Of a DNA stretch of 64,000 bases, positions 52,206 through 64,000 are shown one piece after another. A program made the translations under genes and the position numbers. The DNA lies in assembly GCF_963921235.1 (NCBI RefSeq), contig NC_086097.1, forward strand, positions 227,170,001 through 227,234,000, in the 5' to 3' direction. Source of the DNA: Mobula hypostoma. Its lineage: Eukaryota. Numbering within the stretch: the first letter of the stretch is position 1; each line of letters starts with the position of its first letter. Under the pieces are notes generated by a model that did not search any database, had not been told where the DNA came from, and saw nothing but the letters and a program-made list of their open reading frames with translations.

Positions 52206-54167
52206 GTCTAGAATTAGAAGTTAATTGGTTGCTTTGCAGTGGAGCAACAACCATTTTGGTTATGGCCCCATTGATGATTGAAAGGAGAATAGATCTGGCA
52301 AAAGTTTCAAGCTAGTGGGGAGAATGGATGTGGAAGGAGAGGTGAGGGTGTGCTGGATGCTGAATAAAAGTCAGTGAATAAATCCTATCTTGTATTCATA
52401 ACACCACAGAAAAATGCTATTCAGTCTATCACATCCTTGCCAGTCCTGAGCAGAGCAATTGCATTAATCCCATTCCTCTTTTCTGTTTCTTTGTACCTTC
52501 TGCAACTCTGAATCAGAATTAAGTTTATTATCACCTACATATGTCATGAAATATGTTTTTATTGGCAGTGTTACAGTGCAAGACAGAAAAAATACTGCGA
52601 GTTACAAAATAGTGCAAAAGACTGATAACAAAGTAGTGTTCATGAGTTCATGGGCCATTCAGAAATCTGATTCCCTTTGATTCCTTTTGCCTTCAACATA
52701 CACAATTTGCAGTAGCCAATTAAGCTATCTAGACAGGAGAAACCAGAACACCCAGAATAAATCTATGTGTCCACAAGAAGAGAAGTGCCAGCATTGTGTT
52801 CCATTGCCAGGTTGGGACCTGCTCGAGGATATGGGTATGTGGGATGAGAGCAAGCTCTGTAACTGCATATAGCTTACTCCATTATGAATTAAAATGCTGG
52901 AAGTGTGCATTGCACTTTGTTGGATATGACTGTGTATGTAATTCCCAAGTCTTTAATGCATAAGGTAATAGATGCATGAAGGAGACAAAATGAAAATCAT
53001 GAATTTTGTGAGGCATAAAAAGTCCCTGATTATAAGGGATTATTTTACTTTAGAAACTGGACAAAACATGGTTTTGTGTGTGGATTACTTTTATCAGTAT
53101 TATATTTCAGCATAAAAAATATAGATGTTATCAGGGAAATGCTCGTTTATAACATGTTGCTAAGTGAGCATAAATTTAAATGTTTCTGTTGTGGTTGGCA
53201 ATTGTTAATATACCAAGATTTCTCCTTGAATTATGTAACATTAGGTTTTGTAAGGTAGTAGCTATGTCGAAATACAAAAGTTGCAGTCTTATTTCCAGTG
53301 TAGATTAAATTCATCATCTTAAAAAATGTGCCAATTTATTTGGCATGACCTTGCTGTTATATAGGCCCCTAAAGCAATTATTCAAGTGGATCATCTTAAA
53401 AGTAACAAAAAGTGGTCATGTAATTTTGAATTGGTACAATTCTAGATGTGAGCAGTTTTAGAAAATTATTTATTATTTATTGAGAGGGAATCTGAGGTAA
53501 TTACATCTTAGCATATGATTGTGAAATATATATAGAAACAGACCCATAACGTGAAATGAAATAAAAAGGACAGTCTCCAAAAACTTGCATCATGTTCTCT
53601 CATCTGAGACCATACTTCACAAGTGCAGGGTGAAGGTCAAGGAGCTATCTTAACTCCATCAATCCTGTGGACAGTTACAAATGACCTTTCACTTTCTATA
53701 AGACATTCAATATTCTGAATTGTGGGGATACATTTTTCTGTGTTTAGAAAATGGGAAAATAAAAGACTTTCATGCTGCTAAAGGTGCAGGATCTTCTGAA
53801 CGCTTCATTCACCCTGTGTGCTGATACAAACTAATATCTAATTTACACCGACTGAGCCATATTCTGAAAAATTGAATTTCTAAAATTGTTATTGAAACCA
53901 TAGGTAAACTTTCAGCATATAGAGTAGGTTATTAGTCACTAGATTGGGCATTTTATCATTCTAAATGGAAACAGGGAATTTGTGTATTTTTTTATTTCTA
54001 TCTTATATTGAAATATTAAATTATACAGTCTGTATGTTCAACAGTGAATTATTTTCAATATTTTCATAAAGAAATGCAGTATTAAGCTGGGTATAGGAGG
54101 GAAAATATTTGTAGATTAGCATTATAAAGACCTCAAAAAATTGTACTATTATGCTTTAATTTTGTAG

Positions 54168-54251
54168 ATTCATCAGAAAGAAAGCAAAATTTGTGTTTTG
54201 GAAGAAGAGCTGTTGGATGCCCGAAAGCAATATTCTGTTTACTATGAAGAG
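54168..54251 (+). CDS. Internal exon of the coiled-coil gene
   Basis: TTTTGTAG acceptor, GAG|GTATTA donor, 84 bp phase 0-0, IHQKESKICVLEEELLDARKQYSVYYEE; resembles the 28-aa units of the 5038 exon. Confidence 0.8.
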
Positions 54252-54405
54252 GTATTAATTTTAAGAATAAATAAATGTTGCAACCTTTTTAATGACTTAC
54301 TAGTTAGTAAGGATTCCTGCTTTAATCTTTTATAATAGCTTGCTAAATTGGACAGATTGTATGCTGAAGAAAATATAAGGCGATATTATCCGTGATGTTT
54401 TATAA

Positions 54406-55025
54406 GACCATAAGACATAGGAGTAGAACGAGACTATTCAGCCCTTCAAATCTGTTCCACAATTCCATCGTGGCTGATCCCGGATTCCGCTCAACCCCAT
54501 ACATCTGCCTTCTCGCCATATCCCTTGATGCCCTGACCAATCAGGAGATTATCAACTTCTGCTTTAAATATACCTACGGTCTGTGGTAGAGCATTCCACA
54601 GATTCACTACCCTCTGGCTCAAAAAATTCCTCCTTATCTCTGCTCTAAAATGTTGCCCCTCAATTTTGAGGCTGTACCCGCTAGTTCTGGATACCCCCGT
54701 CAGAGGAAATATCCTCTCCACATCCACCTTATCTAGACCTTTTGACATTTGGTGGGTTTAAAAGAGATCCCCACACATTGTTCTAAATTCCAATGAGTAC
54801 AGGCCAAAAACTGTCAAATGTGCCTCATATGTTAATCCCTTCAATTCCCAGAGTCATCCTCATGAACCTCCTTTGGACTTTCTCCAATGACAATACATCC
54901 TTTCTGAGATATGGGGCTGAAAACTGTTGACAATACTCCAAGTGCAGCCTGAGTAATATCTTATAAAGCCTCAGCATTATCTCCTTGTTTTCATATTCTA
55001 TTCTTTTTGAAATAAATGCCAACAT
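54406..55025 (-). mobile_element. CR1 LINE 3' fragment
   Basis: MLAFISKRIEY..LRLYK.L.RLHLEYC..RVVNLWNALPQ; CR1 3' UTR. Confidence 0.88.
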
Positions 55026-56258
55026 TATAAAGTGTGAGGATTTTCTGGCATAGAGTATATTACAACATACTCTGTTGGACTTGTTTATGTGTGCTTAGAT
55101 TTTAAAATGTTTGTCTTTAAATGAACTAATTCTGGTGAAGTAGAGTAACAGAGCAGCTGGATTCTGGTGAACAATGGAACAAACAATGCACCTCTTAATT
55201 AATGATTGAGGACTGAAATAAATATTTTCAAAAACCTGCAAATACCATGATCCGTAATATATTTATTTCTTATTACTAGTTGCTGAATAATTGCTGGGCT
55301 TCTTAACAGCAATATCTGAGCCATTTGAGTCATGATGTTAATGTACCATAGTAAACTAATTCTAAGAACAGTAGAATCATGATTGTCCATAATTCTCTGA
55401 TTCCCAGACATGAGGGATAGAAAAGATTTTCTGAAAGTACTGAGGGATAAAGTACTGTTATTAAATGGAAAAGGGTACAGTCAATATTTCAGCCGGAAAG
55501 GTCGACTGTGCTCTTTTCCATAGATGGTGCCTGGCCTGCTGAGTTCCTCCAGCATTTTGTGTGTTGCTCAGATTTCCAACATCTGCAGATTTTCTCTGTT
55601 ATTGAGTTCACCACACTGTGCAAGGACAGATGCTCAAGATGGAGAAACAATTGGGTGAGATAGGCCATACAAGGGGTTATAAGTGGAGATTGTATATAGG
55701 CTTCAAAATGGAAATTATAAAGGATTATATAGGACAGAGAAGAAAACAAGAAATAATGGGGCATTACAATGTGTCTGCAATAATTTTGACTATTTCTATC
55801 ATATATATAGATTAGACAAATCAAATTTGCAATGATAACCTTGAATACAAGCTCACAGTTGGTTTCTTAGAGTAAAACGTTGAAGTACCAGTCAAGGAGG
55901 TGAGTATTTAAGGTTTTGTGTAATGAAACCAGTTTAAAAAGGATCTAGTGCTTTCCCAGTGTATATGACGAATAAACTTTTCTCGTGCTTCCAGCCGTGT
56001 ACATTTATCGATTGTAATCGATGATTCGATAACAAACTCTGTTGTCATTGTCAGGGATGATGCCTGGGCATGTCTAGTCCAGTGGTATTTCCAACCCCGG
56101 AACCCGTCCCTCCTGATTGGTTAGTCCTCATCCAATCAGGTTTCCTCTGGATTTAAACGCAAACAACAGGAATTCTGCAGATGCTGGAAATTCAAGCAAC
56201 ACACATCAAAGTTGCTGGTGAACGCAGCAGGCCAAGCAGCATCTATAGGAAGAGGTGC

Positions 56259-56294
56259 AGTCGACGTTTCAGGCCGAGACCCTTCGTCAGGACT
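56259..56294 (-). ncRNA. Minimal type I hammerhead ribozyme motif (Penelope type)
   Basis: Minus strand: AGUC-CUGACGA-AGGGUCUCGGCCU-GAAA-CGUC-GACU; stem I AGUC/GACU, intact core, GUC cleavage site. Confidence 0.75.
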
Positions 56295-56325
56295 AACTGA
56301 AGGAAGACTAACTCTTCCTTCAGTT

Positions 56326-56361
56326 AGTCCTGATGAAGGGTCTCGGCCTGAAACGTCGACT
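56326..56361 (+). ncRNA. Minimal type I hammerhead ribozyme motif (Penelope type)
   Basis: AGUC-CUGAUGA-AGGGUCUCGGCCU-GAAA-CGUC-GACU; palindromic ACGU in place of helix III; predicted cleavage after C56357. Confidence 0.78.
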
Positions 56362-56965
56362 GCGCCTCTTCCTATAGATGCTGCTTGGCCTGCTGCGTTC
56401 ACCAGCAACTTTGATGTGTGTTGCTTCCTCTGGATTTATTTCAATGAGGCATGGTGGAAACTTGAATCAAGGAGCACAGGAGGTGTATCTGTTTGGGTTA
56501 CCCAGAGAAATCGTGGTAGCATTTGCAATGGCCATAGGCTTGACTTGACAGCACAAAACTACCATTCAGTGCCAATGACCTTTGGGACTGCTTGGTAAAG
56601 GAAACCATTGAAACGGCGACACCTCTTTCTCGTTTATTAGGGAGAGAGCGAGCCTGTGGTATGTTGAGTATTGGGTGAACAAGTAGTCTTTGGGCTAACT
56701 GCAAGTCTGTGTCTTTGCTGTTGCCTTGCTCACACTTGAGTGCTCGGTGGCAGGTGCCGATGCTTTTTTTTGTTGGTGGGGGGGAGGGGTGAGCGTTGCT
56801 TGCTGCCGCTTACGCGCAGCAGGGAGGGGAGCTGTGTGGGACTTGAGGTTTATCTGTCATTCATTCTTTGGGGGAACTCCACTGTTTTTCATGGATGGTT
56901 GCGAAAAAAAACATTTCAGGATGTATATTGTATACATTTCTCCGACATTAAATGTACTTTTGTGT

Positions 56966-57250
56966 TGGTGCGTGGCCAAGTGGCTAAGGCGTTAGGTCAC
57001 TAGTTCGAGCCTTGGCTGAGGCAGCGTGTGTTCCCTTGATCAAGGCACTTAACCACACATTGCTGTGGGAGGATACCGGTGCCAAGCTGTATGAGTCCTA
57101 ATGCCCTTCCCTTGGACAACATCGGTGGTGTGGAGAGGGGAGACTTGCAGCATGGCAGCTGCTGGTCTTCCATACAACCTTGCCCAGGCCTGCAACCTGG
57201 AAACCTTTCAATGCGCAACTCCATGGTCTCATGAGACTAATGGGTGCCTA
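56966..57250 (+). mobile_element. tRNA-derived SINE
   Basis: A box TGGCCAAGTGG, B box GTTCGAGCC, CORE-like CCTTGATCAAGGCACTTAACC. Confidence 0.7.
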
Positions 57251-58697
57251 TAAAAAATATACCTTTGAAACCTTTGAAAACGAGAGGAAAAGAATTTTAA
57301 CAAAGGCGAAGGTCTCGCTCTAAGTAAGAACTGGAATTCTATTTTAAACAAGGTGGGAAAGTGGAAACAGAGTGAAGACTAACCAATCAGGAAGGATGAA
57401 CTCTCGGGGTAGAAATACCACCGGACTAGACATGCCCAGACATCATCCCTGATTAAGGTGGCAGAGTTTGTCATTGAAACGTAGGTTATAATCGGTACCT
57501 TTACCTGGCTGGAAGCCAAAGAAGTGCTTATTCAAGACCAGTTTAATTAATGGCTTCAAAGGAAAGGATCCCTTAGAATGACAGGATTTCAAATTCAGTT
57601 TGAGAATGAGAAACCTTGATCTGTTGTCTTAAATTTAAACAAAAGCCATTTACAATGTATATTGTATACATTTCTCTGACATTAGCACAGTTGGCCAAAG
57701 TGATTGAAAAAAATACTTTAAAGGGTAATTAGAGAGACCTGCAAGAGCAGATATTTAAGGATACATTTCATAAATCTCAGAAAGGTATATTCTGATGAAA
57801 AATTATGGCTGTGCGGGAAGGGCACGCATTTGCAGCCAAATAAGGAAGTTAAGGAAAGTGTTCAAATGAAAGAAAAAAACCCATAATGTTGCAAAGATTA
57901 AAGGCAGACGTTCTAAATAATTACTTTGGACTAGCCTTCATGTAGAAGATATTAAAAACGTCAAGAGTATCAAAGAAGGGAGAAATGTAAAATATTCCAT
58001 TTTATTCAAGAAAAAGTACTAGGCAAATTTACGGGGCCAAAGGCATGCAAGTCTACTGGATCTGATGGCCAGCGTCACAAGATATTAAAGGAAAAGTTGC
58101 TTTTGCTGTAATGACCAAAACTCCATGGTTTTGGAGAGGCCCCTGTGGAAAACTACAAAAAAATAACAAAGCTGTTAAAGAAATGAGAGAGAAAGCAAAA
58201 AAACAAAGGTTTTTAAAAAAAGGCTGCAGTTCATTATTGAAGTGGTAAGTGCAAGGCATTTAGAAAATCACAGAGCAATCAAACAGTCAACGTGGTTTTA
58301 TAAAAAGAAAAAATTCCCTGTAACCAATTCTTCCTACGGTCACATGAACTTTCTCCAGAGCCTTCCACTGGCATACATACCTGGGCAATTTACATTGGCC
58401 AATTACCTTAGCAACTCTCATGATTTTAAATATGGGAGAAAACTATATAAACTCCACACACACAGGTAAGGATTGAACCCAAATTGTTGGAGCTGTGAGG
58501 CAGCAGCTCTATTGGCTGCACCAGTGTGTGGTCCTTATGGAATACAATAGGACAAATGTAAAGCTATCTCCTCTGGAAGGAAAAGTGATAAAATAAATTA
58601 TTACTTAAATGGTATTATTACTTAAAATGTTGTGCTACAAAGAATCATGAAGTACAAAAGGTTGCAATGTAGGTACAGCAAGTAATTAGCAGTGCTT

Positions 58698-58852
58698 CAT
58701 AAACACAAAATATTCTGCAGATGCTGGGGTCAAAGCAACACTCACAACACACTGGAGGAACTCAGTAGGTCGGGCAGCATCCGTGGAAACGTTGACTGAT
58801 CGTTTCCACGGATGCTACCCGACCTGCTGAGTTCCTCCAGCATGTTGTGAAT
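58698..58852. mobile_element. Short palindromic Penelope-derived insertion with 12-bp TSD, inside an old CR1 (~57680-59380)
   Basis: Arms ~58742-58791 / 58801-58850; TSD TTAGCAGTGCTT / TTAGCAGAGCTT. Confidence 0.8.
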
Positions 58853-59765
58853 TTAGCAGAGCTTAATGGAATATTGACCTTTACTGCAAGGAGTATGGAA
58901 TATAACAATTGGAAGGATTTGATACAACTTTCCAGGATGGTACCATCCTACAGTACTTCACAGGGATTTGGCTTCCATTTTTTAAGATGAATATACTTTC
59001 ATTGGAGGTGTGTAAAGAAGGTTCACTGGTATGATTCTGGGGTTATGGAAGCTGAAGTACAAAGAGGAGTTGAGCATTTTGTCCCTATATCTATTGGAGT
59101 TTTAAAAAAAATGAGAGGTGACCATATCGAAAAGCAAGATTCAGAGGCAGATGCTGAAACGATGTTTTCCCTACTGAGAATTTTATTTAGAACCCGAGGC
59201 ATTGTTGCAGAATAAGAAGTTACCGTTTAAGATGGAGGTGAGAAGGATTTTTTTTTCTCTGAAAAGTTTGCTTCTTTCCTGTTTGCCTGTTATGTCCAAG
59301 TGTGTTGCCCATGATCTTACTGAAGGTTGGAACAAGTTCAGGACCCAGTTGGCCTACTCCTACTCCTCATCCTGTCTCTAATGATTGCATATTTGTTTGA
59401 TAATGCATATATACCTACAAGTTTGTAAAACGCTATTAAAAAGTATTATGCTGTAAAAGCAAGAAACAGCAAAAACTGGACATCTGAAATGAGAAATCAT
59501 TGTGATCATCAACTTGGAATGATAAATTTTTAAGTTTCTCTCTCCATACAATGTATGTTCCCTCTCCTGCTAAGTATTTCCATCATTGTTCGGTTTTCAT
59601 TGTGTGTTATACTTATTGTGTTATGTTAGCAAGCTGAATAATGGTTACTGACAAGATATTTTAATGGTTATTCCAAGATCTAGTTTATAAGTAAATTTTC
59701 TATGAATATTTTTGTAGGACAAAATAAAAGAGGATACATCTTAATCATCACTTTGTACCATAATT

Positions 59766-61244
59766 ATAGAAACATAGAATAGTACAGCACAGTACAGGCC
59801 CTTCGGCCCACAATTTTGTGCCAACCCTCAAACCCTGCCTCCCATATAAGCCCCCACCTTAGATTCCTCCATATACCTGTCTAGTAGTCTCTTAAACTTC
59901 ACTAGTGTATCTGCCTCCACCACTGACTCAGGCAGTGCACTCCACGCACCAACCACTCTCTGAGTAAAAAACCTTCCTCTAATATCACCCTTGAACTTCC
60001 CATCCCTTACCTTAAAGCCATGTCCTCTTGTATTGAGCAGTGGTGCCCTGGGGAAGAGGCGCTGGCTATCCACTCTATTTATTCCTCTTATTATCTTGTA
60101 CACCTCTATCATGTCTCCTCTCATCCTCCTTCTCTCCAAAGAGTAAAGCCCTAGCTCCCTTAATCTCTGATCATAATGCATACTTTCTAAACCAGGCAGC
60201 GTCCTGGTAAATCTCCTCTGTACCCTTTCCAGTGCTTCCACATCCTTCCTATAGTGAGGTGACCAGAACTGGACACAATACTCCAAGTGTGGCCTAACCA
60301 GAGTTTTATAGAGCTGCATCATTACATCGCGACTCTTAAACTCTATCCCTCGACTTATGAAAGCTATAACCCCATAAGCTTTCTTAACTACCCTATCCAC
60401 CTGTGAGGCAACTTTCAGGGATCTGTGGACATGTACCCCGAGATCCCTTTGCTCCTCCACACTACCAAGTATCCTGCCATTTACTTTGTACTCTGCTTTG
60501 GAGTTTGTCCTTCCAAAGTATACCACCTCACACTTCTCCGGGTTGAACTCCATCTGCCACTTCTCAGCCCACTTCTGCATCCTATCGATGTCTCTCTGCA
60601 ATCTTTGACAATCCTCTACACTATCTACAACACCACTAACCTTTGTGTCGTCTGCAAACTTGCCAACCCACCCTTCTACCCCCACATCCAGGTCGTTAAT
60701 AAAAATCACAAAAAGTAGAGGTCCCAGAACAGATCCTTGTGGGACACCACTAGTCACAATCCTCCAATCTGAATGTACTTCCTCCAGTACCACCCTCTGC
60801 CTTCTGCAGGCAAGCCAATTCTGAATCCACCTGGCCAAACTTCCCTGAATCCCATGCCTTCTAACTTTCTGAGTAAGCCTACCGTGTGGAACCTTGTCAA
60901 ATGCCTTACTAAAATCCATATAGATCACATCCACTGCACTACCCTCATCTATATGCCTGGTCACCTCCTCAAAGAACTCTATCAGGGTTGTTAGACACGA
61001 TCTGCCCTTCACAAAGCCATGCTGACTGTCCCTGATCAGACCATGATTCTCTAAATGCCTATAGATCCTATCTCTAAGAATCTTTTCCAACAGCTTTCCC
61101 ACCACCGACGTAAGGCTCACTGGTCTATAATTACCCGGACTATCCCTACTACCTTTTTTGAACAAGGGAACAATATTCGCCTCCCTCCAATCCTCCGGTA
61201 CCATTCCCGTGGACAACGAGGACATAAAAATCCTAGCCAGAGGC
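59766..61244 (-). mobile_element. Young 5'-truncated CR1 LINE with an uninterrupted 465-aa RT-domain ORF
   Basis: ORF 59828-61225: NYRPVSLTS, YMDFSKAFDKVPH, GVPQGSVLGP, KFADDTK, LVRPHLEYCVQFWSP; no stops; (TTCTA)-type tail. Confidence 0.95.
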
Positions 61245-61699
61245 TTATTCTTCCCGAAACTGTAGGTTATATTCTGATCTGCGCCAAAGGCAGTCTATTA
61301 TGTTGTTTACATTGGATTTTACTATTAGCCTGACCATTTACTAGGCCTCGGACACAATCCTTCTGGCTGCCACTTCAATGTGCAGATGGTAGGAATGGAG
61401 AAAAATCCTGGAACTTATTCACTGTCTGGTCTCATTACCTATAATCTCTGCCCATCCACCCTTACTTCTTAGAGAAGTACAGGGCCAGAGGTGACACTTG
61501 CATTGAAGCTGACGGGTGTCTCTTGAGATAGCATTGCCTATGAACAGCATGTAGGCCTTAAGATGTTGCAATGTGAGATTCTGCAATGGAATGCCTTGTG
61601 AATCTTTGACAGCCTGCTTTCTACCATAGGCTTTTAAAATTTATTTTAAATATGTTTGATCAACAGAAACATTTAAAATCTATTCATAATGTTTCATTT

Positions 61700-61915
61700 A
61701 TTTGTTTAGCAATACAGCGCAGAGTAGTCCCTTCCAGCCCTTTGAGCCACGCTGCCCCCGCAACCCCACAATCCCGATTAACCCTAACCTAATAACAATT
61801 TACAATGACCCATTAACCTACCCAGTACGTCTTTTGATTATGGGAGGAAACTGGAGCACCCAAAGAAAACTCACACACTATACGGGGAGGATGTACAGAG
61901 ATTCATTACAGAACA
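61700..61915 (-). mobile_element. V-SINE fragment
   Basis: Same core as 5405-5660 (GGGAGGAAACTGGAGCACCC..GAAAACTCACAC). Confidence 0.7.
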
Positions 61916-64000
61916 AATTTGTTTAGAAATAATAATAATTCAAAACTGATACAATAAATACCTACAAAATTAAAGCATTGAAATATAGTGAAACCAGTCA
62001 AGGAAATATTTGCGCTTACCTTTTCCATGACTTTGGTGACCTCATTCAAATGGGTAGGTTGCTGTTTGTACATCAGCCCTTCCTGCCATAAAGCTGAGCA
62101 TGTGAAGTGCCTTTGTTGCCTTTCACTCTACATTTGTAGGAGTACAGGATGTGGTCATGAGTAGCTGATAGCTGCCAGTTTGATCTGTAGGATGTAAACA
62201 TTATTAATGAGTTTTATGGCTAAATGTTATATGTATCTTAATGCCTTCCTGCTTCTTCAAAGGAGTGAAGCTCAAAGTTGGACTCACTAAAAAGAAGTAG
62301 ATTATATATTATGGTTCAGCCAGCAGAATAGAGGGAATATGCACCCTGTTGAAGCCAGTGATGGAAACAAGGATGGAGAATTTTTATTAATGTACATCAT
62401 TTGCATAGGATAAGTATTTATGTATTTCAAAGTCTTGAATTATGTTTTTCTGCACCCTTTTGTCTTCACTTAACTTCACCTGAACTTCCTGGATGAATTT
62501 TAGGATTGAACATAATGATTCAGACTCCTTAGGGGCATCAGGAACATCAATGAAATTATCAGTTTTATGGGAAGGGTGGAAGAAAGAAGGATGTGGGAGA
62601 GAGAAAGGATTGAAAGAAGGATATTATGAAGGGAAGGAGTATAATATTTAAACTCCATATCTCACAAAAATCATTTTTCCAACTGCTGAATAAGGCAGAT
62701 TTTCGGATCACACAGAGGTTACTGCTACTGTAAATATTACAAAACAATGACATAAAATAAACAAGTAGCTGCAACAGATGAAATAATTTGCCTCCACCAG
62801 GGTCAATTAGGTTGCGAATCAGCAGCAGAGCAACTGATTCATGACAGGTTTTAGTAATCTTGATTATCTTCACAAGTTTATTTAGATGCGAAACCAGGGG
62901 CAGGATAGGATCCACCTCAAAGATTTTTTGGCTTTTAGTAGTCTGTCCATACTTAATCCTTTTGGCAGATTAGATTCTATCTTCTGAGAGGTTGGAAAAA
63001 TGCTCCCAATCCATTGGTATCTGAATTATTCTATCCGATTACTGAACTCATCATTAACAGCATGTATTGAACATGAATTCTTCCCCATTTTTGTCCTCTT
63101 CTGAAGATCTAAGAAGAAACTAGGGTGCTGGGGGAAACCCAAACAATCAACTGAAAAAGAAAAGTAAAAATTTTTAAAAAATTTGGAAATATTCAGCAGT
63201 TTGTGCAAAAACCTGCTTAGAAGAAAAATAGACTTAACTTTTTAGATCAATGCAAGTTTTTTCTCCTTGATGGTCCTTTTACCAGTTCCAAGAATGTTAT
63301 CAACTTAAGTTGGATGCTAGCAAGATGGCGCCAGTAACCAACACAACTAACGGCGACATTCTGCATACAGTTCATGAAGCTACTATTTCTTCTCCTCTAC
63401 CCCTAAACATACTTCTACCTACTACTCTGTGGGTGATTAGAGCCTGTGATTTACATTTTGATAATGTGTTTCTGGTCCGACTAAGGAATCTGATGCTTTT
63501 GCTGTCTCTGAGGGAATGCAGTGTGGTTGAGAGCGAAGTTCAGAATAGAGTGTGCAACCTGATGGTGGAGTGCGAGCCCACGATTGACTCCATTACCTGA
63601 CAATCTCGCCGATTAAGGCATTGAGCAAGATTGAAATCAATGAGGACAAAAGCAGAAGGGGAGAGGATGTTCAGTGGCATCTACCTGTGTTTGACCAGTT
63701 TCTGTCTCTTTCTCACCAGCAGCTGCCTGAGCAAGGTTCTGGAATCTTGAGTCCTGGGCAAGGTCTGATCGGCATGGTTTGTGAATTGGTCTCATTTTTA
63801 GAGGACTATGCATTTTATGTTGCATGTGGTTCTATTGTTATTTTGCACAAATTTGAGCAGGGCACTTTGACACAGACTGGATCTGCGGCCTCCAGTCAAG
63901 CGTGACATAGCGCTAAATTGAACTGAACTAAACTACACTGAATATTTCTAGACTGTTTCAAGGACTCTGTGGTTTAATGTTTAATCTTCTGTGCATTATT

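Larger units (their letters stand above)
56156..56424. mobile_element. Palindromic Penelope-derived insertion with 14-bp TSD
   Basis: Arms 56194-56307 / 56313-56426 are near-perfect inverted repeats; TSD TTCCTCTGGATTTA (56142-56155, 56425-56438). Confidence 0.92.

Noticed and set aside
56136..56598. Two ORFs with near-identical sequence (MLVNAAGQAAS...) on opposite strands
   Set aside because: A consequence of the palindromic repeat; not coding.
62565..63150. Strong minus-strand acceptor (TTTTCTTTTTCAG at ~63151) with downstream ORF pieces
   Set aside because: All three frames stop within about 40 codons, there is no clear donor and no recognisable protein; cannot be supported without RNA data.
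63320..64000. ORFs downstream of a CAAGATGGCG (YY1-like) motif
   Set aside because: No domain similarity; probably the 5' part of an unclassified non-autonomous repeat running off the window edge.

Overview
Eukaryotic (vertebrate) DNA. The repeat families (many CR1 LINEs, V-SINEs, Penelope terminal repeats, Rex1/Babar) suggest a cartilaginous fish, probably a ray; this is inference. The window is almost all intron of a + strand coiled-coil gene with three visible phase-0 exons (1699-1845, 5038-5205, 54168-54251). The ~49 kb between the second and third exons is filled with nested transposable elements. Main finding: an antisense Tf1/sushi-type chromoviral Gypsy element (39896-44903) retains both LTRs, a near-perfect TSD, PBS, PPT, gag, protease and chromodomain. 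Most of its RT/RNase H/integrase has been replaced by ~1.7 kb of intronless host coding sequence resembling the BOD1L1 C-terminus, i.e. an LTR-mediated gene capture with ~475 codons still open. Also notable: short Penelope-derived insertions with 8-16 bp TSDs, one a near-perfect palindrome with a minimal hammerhead ribozyme in each arm; host exons cut in whole heptads; a 9x51-bp in-frame tandem array inside a CR1; and several MITEs (Tigger, hAT with 6-bp and 8-bp TSDs, Harbinger, mariner foldback). No prokaryotic systems or CRISPR. Coordinates were read by eye, and boundaries of decayed elements are approximate.
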